From: Solirubrobacterales bacterium
Lineage (GTDB): Bacteria > Actinomycetota > Thermoleophilia > Solirubrobacterales > 70-9
Direction: 5' to 3'
NCBI GenBank assembly: GCA_044871225.1
Contig: JBIOZP010000049.1
Coordinates: forward strand, 36,766-100,765
DNA: 64,000 nucleotides
Every line of letters starts with the position of its first letter. Positions within the stretch are counted from its first letter, which is position 1. The notes beneath the pieces are model-generated. The model was not told the DNA's origin and did not search any database. It saw only the letters and a list, made by a program, of their open reading frames with translations. Shown here piece after piece: positions 1 to 8,224 of the stretch. The position numbers and the translations under genes are program-made.

Positions 1-42
1 TCGCTCCAAGGCCCCGTGTACAAGCTGACGCAGCCGGGCTGA
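1..42 (+). CDS. 3' end (partial) of a PQQ-dependent sugar dehydrogenase paralog
   Basis: Frame 1 reads ...SLQGPVYKLTQPG-stop (TGA 40-42). This mirrors the C-terminus ...SLDGPVYRLARR of the next gene. The gene body lies upstream of the window. Confidence 0.45.
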   Translation, partial: SLQGPVYKLTQPG

Positions 43-81
43 CCCCGAAGTCACGCGCAGGCCGGTCGCTAGGCTTGCTCG

Positions 82-1320
82 GTGCTCGCCCGGCTGCGCA
101 CCCCGGCGACGGCGACGCTGGCGGTGGCGTTCGGAATCGCCTCGACTGCGCCAGCCGTCTGGATCGCGGCGGCTAGGGCGGATTTCGCACCACCCGACAC
201 GGGTGCTCGCGAGCCGCTGGTCGGGGATGGGCGCGGAGGGATCCGCAAGGACAAGGTCGGCAACTTCGCGTCGCCCACGTACGTCGCCCACGCTCCCGGC
301 ACCCCTCGGTTCCTGTACGTGGTCGAGCAGCGCGGGACGATCCGGGTCGTACACGGTGGGCGGGTCGTCCGGCGGCCGTTCTTGGACATCCGGGAGCGCG
401 TCTCGGCCGGCGGCGAGCGCGGCCTGCTGTCGCTCGCCTTCGACCCCGGATATGAGCGCAACCACCTCCTGTACGCGTATTACACGAACGAGCGCGGCAA
501 CGTCCAGATCGACGAGTTCCGCGCCCGCTCCCGCACGCGGGCGAGGAAGCGCTCGCGGCGCCGGGTGATCGTGATCGGCCATCCCGGCGCCGCGAACCAC
601 AACGGGGGGCAGCTGCAATTCGGACCCGGCAGACGGCTCTACGCCGCGACGGGCGACGGAGGCGGCGCGGGGGACCCGCGCGAGAACGCGCAGGACAAGC
701 GCAAGCTGCTCGGCAAGCTGTTGCGAATCAACCCGCACAGGGGAGGCGGAAAGCCCTACCGGGTGCCGCGCGGCAACCCGTACGTCGGCAGGCCCGGGCG
801 GAACGAGATCCTGGCGACGGGACTGCGAAACCCGTACCGGTTCTCGTTCGACCGGGGCCGGATCCTGATCGGCGACGTGGGGCAGACCCGCTGGGAGGAG
901 GTGAACTTCGAGGGGCGCAAGGCGCTTCGGGGCGCGAACTTCGGCTGGGACCACTTCGAGGGCGACCATCGCTTCGACTATCCCGGTGACAACGAGGCCC
1001 CCCGTCCCGCGCGTCGCTACCGCCGCCCGATCTTCGAGTACCGCCACACCGGATCGAACTGCGAGTCGGCTGGCGGGTGCGCGATCATCGGCGGCTACGT
1101 GGTCGGCGACCGGAGCCTCCCCAGCCTGCGCGGCCGCTACCTGTACGCCGACGCCTACAAGGGCGCGCTGCGAAGCTTCGTTCCCCGCCGCGGCCGCGGG
1201 CGGGCGGACAGGGCGCTGGGCGTTCACGTCGATCACCCGAGCTCGTTCGGCGAGGGGGCGCGGGGGCACATCTACGTCGCCTCGCTGGACGGCCCGGTAT
1301 ACCGGCTGGCCCGACGGTAG
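82..1320 (+). CDS. secreted PQQ-dependent sugar (glucose/sorbosone) dehydrogenase family protein
   Basis: 412-aa ORF with a signal-like N-terminus (LAVAFGIASTAPAVWIAAARA). Beta-propeller motifs typical of soluble glucose/sorbosone dehydrogenases: HNGGQLQFGPGRRLYAATGDGGG and GLRNPYRFSFD. Confidence 0.8.
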   Translation: MLARLRTPATATLAVAFGIASTAPAVWIAAARADFAPPDTGAREPLVGDGRGGIRKDKVGNFASPTYVAHAPGTPRFLYVVEQRGTIRVVHGGRVVRRPFLDIRERVSAGGERGLLSLAFDPGYERNHLLYAYYTNERGNVQIDEFRARSRTRARKRSRRRVIVIGHPGAANHNGGQLQFGPGRRLYAATGDGGGAGDPRENAQDKRKLLGKLLRINPHRGGGKPYRVPRGNPYVGRPGRNEILATGLRNPYRFSFDRGRILIGDVGQTRWEEVNFEGRKALRGANFGWDHFEGDHRFDYPGDNEAPRPARRYRRPIFEYRHTGSNCESAGGCAIIGGYVVGDRSLPSLRGRYLYADAYKGALRSFVPRRGRGRADRALGVHVDHPSSFGEGARGHIYVASLDGPVYRLARR

Positions 1321-1387
1321 CGACCTGCTCCGGGGCCGGGCCGGGGGGCCGCGACAACCGCGCGCCGAGGAGTAGAGTCCGCTGACG

Positions 1388-2959
1388 ATGGAGAGCGCCA
1401 CCGCGAGCGGCACCGAGGCTCGCTCCAGTTCGTCCGACGGAGTCCCCGGAGCCGGCGAGCGCATCGAGATCCGGCGCCCCGCAGACGGCTCGGTGATCCG
1501 CAGCGTCGACGTCGCCCAACCCGACCGCGTGGCCGAGGTCGCGGCCGGCGTTCGCGACGCCCAGCCGGCGTGGGAAGCGCTGGGGTTCGCGGGTCGCCGC
1601 CGCTGGATGGAGAGCCTTCGCGACTGGATGCTCGCCAACGCCGAGGAGATCGCGGACGTGATGCAGGAGGAGACCGGCAAGGTCCGCGCCGACGCGGCCC
1701 TCGAGGTGCCTCACGTGTGCGGGATGATCAACTACTACCTCAAGGAGGGGCCGCGCTTCCTCGCCGACGAGACCCCGCCGTCGCACCTGCTGCTGCTGAA
1801 GGTGAAGCGCCTCAAGGTCGCCTACCGGCCTTACCAGCTGGTCGGGATCATCAGCCCCTGGAACTTCCCCCTGATCCTCTCCCTCGGCGACGCGATCCCG
1901 GCGCTGATCGCCGGCTCCTCGGTGGTCATCAAGCCCTCCGAGCTGGCGCCGCTGTGCCTGATGGAAGTGGTGCGCGCCTGGAAGGAGGAGATCGGCGCCC
2001 CCGAGGTGCTGGAGGTCGTGAACGGCACCGGGGAAACAGGCGGGGCGCTCGTCGACCACAGCGACTTCGTGCAGTTCACCGGCTCGCCCCGAACCGGCAA
2101 GGTAGTGATGAAGCGGGCTGCCGACACCCTCACCCCCGTCAGCCTCGAGCTGGGCGGCAAGGACCCGATGATCGTCCTGCGCGACGCTGACCTCGAGCGC
2201 GCAGCAAACGCCGCCGCCTTCGGCGGCCTCTTGAACAGCGGCCAGATCTGCCTGTCGATCGAGCGCGTCTACGTCGAGGAGCCCGTCTACGACGAGTTCG
2301 TCAGGCGGCTCACGGACAAGGTCCAGAGACTGCGCCAGGGCGCCGACGGGCGCTCCTACACGGCCGAGATCGGCGCCATGACCTCGCCCGCACAGGTAGA
2401 CATCGTCGAGGACCACGTGGAGGACGCTCGCGACAAGGGCGCCGCCATCCTCGCCGGCGGCAGGCGGCGCGAGGGCCCCGGCGACTGGTACGAGCCCACC
2501 GTGATCGCCGGAGCGGACCACTCGATGAAGGTGATGCGCGACGAGACCTTCGGCCCGGTGGTGCCGGTGATGAAGGTCTCCGACGCCGAGGAGGCGGTTC
2601 GGCTGGCCAACGACACCAGGTACGGGCTGGGGGCCTCGGTGTTCGCCGGCGACGTCGAGCGGGGCGAGCAGGTCGCGCGTCGGATCGAGGCGGGGGCATG
2701 CAACGTGAACGACGTCCTCATCCACTATTCGGCGCTGGAGCTCCCGATGGGAGGCTGGAAGACGTCCGGCATCGGCTACCGGCACGGAGCCGCCGGGATC
2801 CGCAAGTACTGCCGCACGGAGTCGCTGACCGTCCCGAGGATGCCGACCGGGAAGTCGGAGCTGATCTGGTTCCCGTACTCGGGCCGAAAGCGGCGCCTGA
2901 TCAACCGTCTCTACCGCCTCTTCAACGCCCGCGGCCTTCGCGATCGCCTCGGCCTCTGA
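1388..2959 (+). CDS. NAD(P)-dependent aldehyde dehydrogenase (succinate-semialdehyde dehydrogenase-like)
   Basis: 523-aa ORF with ALDH superfamily motifs ISPWNFPL, FTGSPRTGK and ELGGKDPMIV. Catalytic Cys context NSGQICLSIERVYV. Confidence 0.85.
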   Translation: MESATASGTEARSSSSDGVPGAGERIEIRRPADGSVIRSVDVAQPDRVAEVAAGVRDAQPAWEALGFAGRRRWMESLRDWMLANAEEIADVMQEETGKVRADAALEVPHVCGMINYYLKEGPRFLADETPPSHLLLLKVKRLKVAYRPYQLVGIISPWNFPLILSLGDAIPALIAGSSVVIKPSELAPLCLMEVVRAWKEEIGAPEVLEVVNGTGETGGALVDHSDFVQFTGSPRTGKVVMKRAADTLTPVSLELGGKDPMIVLRDADLERAANAAAFGGLLNSGQICLSIERVYVEEPVYDEFVRRLTDKVQRLRQGADGRSYTAEIGAMTSPAQVDIVEDHVEDARDKGAAILAGGRRREGPGDWYEPTVIAGADHSMKVMRDETFGPVVPVMKVSDAEEAVRLANDTRYGLGASVFAGDVERGEQVARRIEAGACNVNDVLIHYSALELPMGGWKTSGIGYRHGAAGIRKYCRTESLTVPRMPTGKSELIWFPYSGRKRRLINRLYRLFNARGLRDRLGL

Positions 2960-3012
2960 GGGGCGCTGAGCTCCGCTGCGCCGGGACCCGCGGCGGGTAG
3001 CCTCGGGCAAGG

Positions 3013-4359
3013 ATGGACGTTGCCGCCCTGGAGACGCGCACCCGCGAGCTGGCCGAGGCGCTGCGCCAGGCGGAGCCCGGGCCGTGGCGGCGACCGGCGG
3101 CGGCGCTGAGCCGCGGCCTGCTCGGCAGCCTCGACCAGCGTCCCGGGACCCGCTCGGCGTTGTTTCGGTTCGTGGACGTCGCTCCGAACTGCCACGGCGC
3201 GCGGGACCGCGGCCTCCACCTGCGGGGGTTCGTCCGCCAGGTGCGCGACGAGCGTCTGCCCGTGGCGCTGCGCCCGCTCGGCGCCCGCTTTGTCCCCGCC
3301 GCCCCGTACGGGCTGCTCAGCGGGCCCGTGCTGGCGATGATCGCGCGCCAGTTCATCGCCGGGCGGACGATCGCCGGCGCTGCCGGGTCCCTGCGCCGGA
3401 TGTGGCGCAAGCGCCAGGCGTTCGCCGTCGACCTCCTGGGCGAGGCCACGGTGAGCGAGGGCGAGGCTCGGGCCTACCTGGAGCGCTGCCGCGAGACCGT
3501 GCGCCACCTCTGCGACCTCACCGGCAAGCTGCCGGGCGAACCCCTGCTCGACGCCGACCAGCATGGCCACCTTCCCCGGGCGAATCTGTCCATCAAGCTG
3601 ACCGCCGTGACGCCCCTCCTTCGTCCGCTGGCCCCGGAGCGTGGGGCCGCGGACGCCGCCCGACGGCTCCGCCCGCTGCTGCGCCTGGCGCGCGACCTGG
3701 GCGCGCACGTGCACCTGGACATGGAGGACTACGACAGCCGCGAGACCCTGCTCCTGGCCTTCGAGGAGGTGCTGTCCGACCCGGACTTTCGCGGCGGCCC
3801 GTCGGTCGGGATCGTGGTGCAGGCCTGTCTACGGGACGCCGGCGAGACCCTGGATCGCGTTCTCGCCTCCGCCGCCGCCAGTGACCGCGAGGTTCCCCTC
3901 ACGATCCGGCTGGTCAAGGGGGCCTACTGGGACCACGAGCGGGTGATCGCGGCCCAGCGTGGCTGGCAGCCCCCGGTGTGGGAGGGGAAGGACGAAAGCG
4001 ACGCCTGCTTCGAGCGCCTCACCCGCCGCCTGATCGATGCCCGCGAGCGGATTCGCCCCGCCATCGCCACCCACAACCTCCGCTCGATCGCCCACGCGAT
4101 CGCCTACCTTGAGCAGGCCGGCGGCAAGACCAACGAGATCGAGCTTCAGGTCCTGCGAGGCCTCGGCGACGAGATCGGCGCCGGGCTCGGCAGGCTGGGG
4201 TACCGGGTTCGCATCTACACGCCGATCGGGGACCTGGTGGCCGGCATGGCCTACCTGGTCCGCCGGCTGCTCGAGAACTCCTCCAGCCAGGGCTTCCTGC
4301 TCCAGCAACGGCACCGGTCGCTGGACGAGCTCCTCCGGCCCCCCGTTGCCCATGGCTGA
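3013..4359 (+). CDS. proline dehydrogenase (monofunctional PutA-type catalytic domain)
   Basis: 448-aa ORF with motifs LSIKLTA, VHLDMEDY, RLVKGAYWDHE, ATHNLRS, LQVLRGLG and AGMAYLVRRLLEN. Confidence 0.85.
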   Translation: MDVAALETRTRELAEALRQAEPGPWRRPAAALSRGLLGSLDQRPGTRSALFRFVDVAPNCHGARDRGLHLRGFVRQVRDERLPVALRPLGARFVPAAPYGLLSGPVLAMIARQFIAGRTIAGAAGSLRRMWRKRQAFAVDLLGEATVSEGEARAYLERCRETVRHLCDLTGKLPGEPLLDADQHGHLPRANLSIKLTAVTPLLRPLAPERGAADAARRLRPLLRLARDLGAHVHLDMEDYDSRETLLLAFEEVLSDPDFRGGPSVGIVVQACLRDAGETLDRVLASAAASDREVPLTIRLVKGAYWDHERVIAAQRGWQPPVWEGKDESDACFERLTRRLIDARERIRPAIATHNLRSIAHAIAYLEQAGGKTNEIELQVLRGLGDEIGAGLGRLGYRVRIYTPIGDLVAGMAYLVRRLLENSSSQGFLLQQRHRSLDELLRPPVAHG

Positions 4360-5896
4360 GTTCCGAAACCATCCCCTCCTCGAGCTGCGCGACGCCCGCA
4401 TCAGGGCGGAGCTCACCTCCGCGCTCGCGGACCTGTCGCGCGAGCTCCCGCTTCAGGCCACACCGGTGGTCGGAGGCAAGCGCTCGCGGGGTGAACCCGA
4501 CGCGGAGTCCGGTGATCCGTGCCACCCCGGGCGCGTGGTGGCCCGGGCTCGGTGGTCACGCGAGGACGAGGTACGGCGTGCTCTCGAGCTGGCGCTGCGG
4601 GCGGAGTGGCCGCGGCGTCAGATCGAGGAGCGGGCCTCAATCCTGGAGCGTGCCGCGGACCTGGCCGCCGAGCGTCGCCTTCGCCTCGCCGCCCTGATCG
4701 TCCTCGAGGCGGGCAAGCCCTGGGAGGACGCTGATGCCGAGGTCTGCGAGGCGATCGACTTCCTGCGCTTCTACGCGCAGAGCGCCCGCGAGCTCACCGA
4801 GGAGCTGCTGCAGGTCCCTGGCGAGCGCAACGAGCTGCGCCTTCGGCCCCGGGGCCCGGCCGCGGTGATCAGCCCCTGGAACTTCCCCTTCTCGATCCCG
4901 TGCGGGATGACCGCCGCGGCCCTGGTGATGGGCAGCCCCGTCCTGCTGAAGCCGGCCGAGCAGAGCCCCGCCTGCGGGGCGGCGCTGGCGTCGCTGCTGC
5001 TGGAGGCGGGGGTGGACCCGCAGGGGCTGGCCCTCCTCCCCGGGGAGGGGACGGTAGGAAGCCTGCTGGTGGCCGAGCCTCGGGTGGCGACGATCGCATT
5101 CACCGGCTCGGTGGCGGTCGGGCTGGACATCCAGCGCCGCGCGCATGCCGCCGAGGGCCAGCGGCAGATCAAGCGCATCGTCGCCGAGCTGGGCGGCAAG
5201 AACTGCGTGCTGGTGGACTCCGACGTCGACCTCGACGAGGCGATCCCCGCCATCGTGCGCTCGGCCTACGGCTACGCGGGCCAGAAGTGCTCGGCCGCGG
5301 CGCGCGCCATGGTGCACGAGGCGATCGCCGACAGGTTCACCGATCGCCTGGCCGGCGCGGTCGAGCTTCTTCGAGTGGGGCCCGCCGAGGACTTCGCCAC
5401 CGAGGTGCCGGCGCTGATCGACCACGACGCCGTCGCCAAGCACCGTCGCTACGCGAAGCAGTGCGCCGGCGCGGAGCTCGCGCGAGCGCCGGCCGCGGAG
5501 AATGGGCAATACGTCGAGCCGTTGCTCGCCGACGCGGACCGGCTGCCCGCCGGATCTCCCGTGCTGACCGAGGAGGTGTTCGGGCCCCTCCTCACCGTCG
5601 AGCGCGTCAGTGACCTCGACCAGGCCATCGAGCGCGTCAACGAGCTGCCTCAGGCACTCACGGCGGGGCTCTTCTGCCGTCACCCGGAGCGCGTCGCGGA
5701 GCTGATCAGGCGGCTTCCCGCCGGCGTCGTCTACGTCGACCGGGCGATCACCGGCGCCATGGTCGCCCGCCAGCCGTTCGGGGGCAACCGCCTGTCGGGC
5801 ACCGGCGAGCGTGCCGGTGGGCCGACGTACCTTCGCCACTTCGCCGACGAGCAGGTCGTCTGCGCCAACGTCGTGCGGCACGGCGTGGTGCTCTAG
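4352..5896 (+). CDS. pruA: L-glutamate gamma-semialdehyde (1-pyrroline-5-carboxylate) dehydrogenase
   Basis: ATG 4352 (MAEFRNHPLLELRD) overlaps the proline dehydrogenase stop by 8 nt (ATGGCTGA). ALDH motifs ISPWNFPF, FTGSVAVG, ELGGKNCVLV and GQKCSAA. The track ORF from 4037 is a 5' over-extension. Confidence 0.85.
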   Translation: MAEFRNHPLLELRDARIRAELTSALADLSRELPLQATPVVGGKRSRGEPDAESGDPCHPGRVVARARWSREDEVRRALELALRAEWPRRQIEERASILERAADLAAERRLRLAALIVLEAGKPWEDADAEVCEAIDFLRFYAQSARELTEELLQVPGERNELRLRPRGPAAVISPWNFPFSIPCGMTAAALVMGSPVLLKPAEQSPACGAALASLLLEAGVDPQGLALLPGEGTVGSLLVAEPRVATIAFTGSVAVGLDIQRRAHAAEGQRQIKRIVAELGGKNCVLVDSDVDLDEAIPAIVRSAYGYAGQKCSAAARAMVHEAIADRFTDRLAGAVELLRVGPAEDFATEVPALIDHDAVAKHRRYAKQCAGAELARAPAAENGQYVEPLLADADRLPAGSPVLTEEVFGPLLTVERVSDLDQAIERVNELPQALTAGLFCRHPERVAELIRRLPAGVVYVDRAITGAMVARQPFGGNRLSGTGERAGGPTYLRHFADEQVVCANVVRHGVVL

Positions 5897-5909
5897 GCGA
5901 AGGGCCTAG
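5893..5909. terminator. short hairpin containing both convergent stop codons
   Basis: CTAGGC-gaagg-GCCTAG. The TAG of pruA (5894-5896) and the TAG of metE (5906-5908, minus strand) sit in the two stem arms. Only a 9-nt gap separates the two genes. Confidence 0.3.
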
Positions 5910-8224
5910 CTGGCCGGGACGAGCTCCTCGCGGGCCTGCTTGGCGGCCTCCACGAGGTTGCGCAGCGCGGGCTCGACCTCGGACCAGGCGCGCGTCTTCA
6001 GCCCGCAGTCGGGAGTCACCCAGACCTGCTCCGGACGCAGCACCCCGGCCGCCGCCTGGAGCAACTCGGCCATCTCCTCGGCGGGGGGCACCCGGGGCGA
6101 GTGGATGTCGTAGACGCCGGGGCCGATCTCCTGCGCGTATCCGGTTCGCTCCCAGTCGTGCAGCAGCGCCATGCGCGATCGCGCCGCCTCGATCAGCAGC
6201 ACGTCCGCGTCCATCTGCTGGATCTGGTCCATGATGTCCCCGAAGTCCGAGTAGCACATGTGGGTGTGGACCTGGGTCTCGTCTCGCACGCCAGCGGTGG
6301 CCATGCGGAAGCAGTAGACCGCCCACTCCAGGTACTCGGCCCAGCGGTCACGGCGCAGGGGCAGCCCCTCGCGAATCGCCGGCTCGTCGACCTGGATCAC
6401 CTTGATGCCTTCGGCCTCCAGGTCCTCGACCTCGTCGCGGATCGCGAGCGCGAGCTGCTCGCAGGTCACCGACAGCGGCTGGTCGTCACGGACGAAGGAC
6501 CACTGGAGCATGGTCACGGGGCCGGTGAGCATGCCCTTCACCGGGCGTTCCGTGAGCGACGACGCGTACGCGATCCAGTCCGTGGTCATCGGCGCCGGAC
6601 GGGCGACGTCCCCGTACAGGATCGGCGGGCGCACGTAGCGCGACCCGTAGGACTGCACCCAGGCGTTCTGAGTGAAGACGTAGCCCTCCATCTGCTCGGC
6701 GAAGTACTGGACCATGTCGTTTCGCTCCGGTTCGCCGTGAACCAGCACGTCGAGCCCGATCTCCTCCTGGAAGCGGATCACCCGCTCGACCTCGGAGCGC
6801 ATGCGGCGCAGGTACTCGGCGTCGTCGATACGCCCCTCGCGCAGGTCTGTGCGCGCCTGGCGGATCTCGGCGGTCTGCGGGTAGGAGCCGATCGTGGTCG
6901 TGGGGAAGAGCGGCAGGTCGAGGTGGGCCCGTTGGGCCTCGCGACGGGTTTCGAACGGGCTCGATCGACGCGCGTCCTCCTCGCTCAGCTTCTCCACGCG
7001 CTCTCGAACCGCGGGGTTTCGGGTCCGGGACGAGATGCGGCGGTCCTCGAGGGCGCGGTCGTTCGCGTCCAGCTCGCCGGCGATCGCCTCACGGCCCTCG
7101 CCCAGGCCCCGGGCCAGGGTGACCACCTCCCCCACCTTCTGCTTCGCGAACGCCATCCAGGAGCGCAGCTCGTCGTCGAGCACGTCCGAGGGCGGCTCGG
7201 CGTCGAGGTCGAGGGGCGTGTGCAGGAGCGAGCACGAGGTGGACACCACCAGCTCGGCGCACCGATCGCGCAGGCCGCCGAGCAGGTCGAGGCTGTGCTC
7301 GAGCTCGTTGATCCACACGTTTCGCCCGTTGACGATGCCCGCGAACAGCCACTGGTCCTCGAGGCCCTCCCCGTTGGCGATCAGCTCGACGTTCTTCGGA
7401 CCCCGGTGCAGGTCGAGCCCGATGCCCTCGACCGGGAGGTCCCGAAGCACCCCGTACGCGTCGCCGACGTGGTCGAAGTAGGTCTTGACCAGGATCCGGG
7501 TGCGCTCGTGGACCCTGCCCAGCTCCTCGTAGGCGAGCCGCAGCGCATCGAGCTCGCGCTCGGACCGGTCCTCCACGAAGCAGGGCTCGTCGAGCTGCAC
7601 CCACGTGGCTCCCTGCGCGGCCAGGCGCTCGATCACCTCGCCGTAGACCTCCAGCAGGGGCTCCAGCAGGGTCAGGCGGTCGAAGTCCTCGGGGGTGCCG
7701 TCGGAGGCCTTGCCGAGCAGCAGCAAGGAAACCGGCCCGACGATGACGGGAATGGTGTCGATCCCCAGCTCCTCCATCGCCTCGGCGTGCTCGTCGAAGG
7801 GCTTCGTGGACCTCAGCGAGAAGCTCGTCTCGGGGCCCAGCTCGGGGACGATGTAGTGGTAGTTGGTGTCGAACCACTTCGTCATCTCCATCGCCGTCAC
7901 GTCCACGCCGGCGTCCTGGCGGCCACGAGCCATCGCGAAGTAGGTGTCCAGCCCGACCGGGCCCGAGCCGTGCTCGTAGCGCGCCGGGACGGCGCCCACC
8001 AGGGCGATAGCGTCGAGGACGTGGTCGTACAGGGCGAAGTCGTTGGACGGGATCAGGTCCACCCCCGCCTCCTGCATGAAGCGCCAGTTCTCGAGCCTGA
8101 TCCGCTTCGCGGCGTCGAGGAGCTGCGGCTCGGAGACCTCGCCGCGCCAGTAGCCCTCGGTCGAGAACTTCAGCTCTCGTTGGGCCCCGATCCGGGGAAA
8201 GCCTGCGACGTTCGAGAGCGCCAT
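5906..8224 (-). CDS. metE: cobalamin-independent methionine synthase
   Basis: 772 aa from ATG 8224 (MALSNVAGFPRIGAQRELKF). Full two-domain MetE with a C-terminal Zn-site region (HTHMCYSDF, TPDCGLKTR). The 892-aa track ORF adds an Arg-rich extension that overlaps the upstream gene. Confidence 0.95.
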   Translation of the reverse strand: MALSNVAGFPRIGAQRELKFSTEGYWRGEVSEPQLLDAAKRIRLENWRFMQEAGVDLIPSNDFALYDHVLDAIALVGAVPARYEHGSGPVGLDTYFAMARGRQDAGVDVTAMEMTKWFDTNYHYIVPELGPETSFSLRSTKPFDEHAEAMEELGIDTIPVIVGPVSLLLLGKASDGTPEDFDRLTLLEPLLEVYGEVIERLAAQGATWVQLDEPCFVEDRSERELDALRLAYEELGRVHERTRILVKTYFDHVGDAYGVLRDLPVEGIGLDLHRGPKNVELIANGEGLEDQWLFAGIVNGRNVWINELEHSLDLLGGLRDRCAELVVSTSCSLLHTPLDLDAEPPSDVLDDELRSWMAFAKQKVGEVVTLARGLGEGREAIAGELDANDRALEDRRISSRTRNPAVRERVEKLSEEDARRSSPFETRREAQRAHLDLPLFPTTTIGSYPQTAEIRQARTDLREGRIDDAEYLRRMRSEVERVIRFQEEIGLDVLVHGEPERNDMVQYFAEQMEGYVFTQNAWVQSYGSRYVRPPILYGDVARPAPMTTDWIAYASSLTERPVKGMLTGPVTMLQWSFVRDDQPLSVTCEQLALAIRDEVEDLEAEGIKVIQVDEPAIREGLPLRRDRWAEYLEWAVYCFRMATAGVRDETQVHTHMCYSDFGDIMDQIQQMDADVLLIEAARSRMALLHDWERTGYAQEIGPGVYDIHSPRVPPAEEMAELLQAAAGVLRPEQVWVTPDCGLKTRAWSEVEPALRNLVEAAKQAREELVPAS

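Noticed and set aside
1085-3010. 641-aa minus-strand ORF antisense to the aldehyde dehydrogenase. Similar giant antisense or alternate-frame ORFs occur at 6101-8395 (+), 9271-10971 (+), 11064-12575 (+), 13390-14688 (-), 29027-30328 (-), 30385-32286 (-), 37663-39234 (-) and 59492-61744 (+).
   Set aside because: They are Arg/Pro/Gly/Ala-rich with no recognisable motifs. Each lies opposite to or out of frame with a gene that has clear family signatures. Stop-codon depletion in high-GC DNA produces such ORFs by chance.
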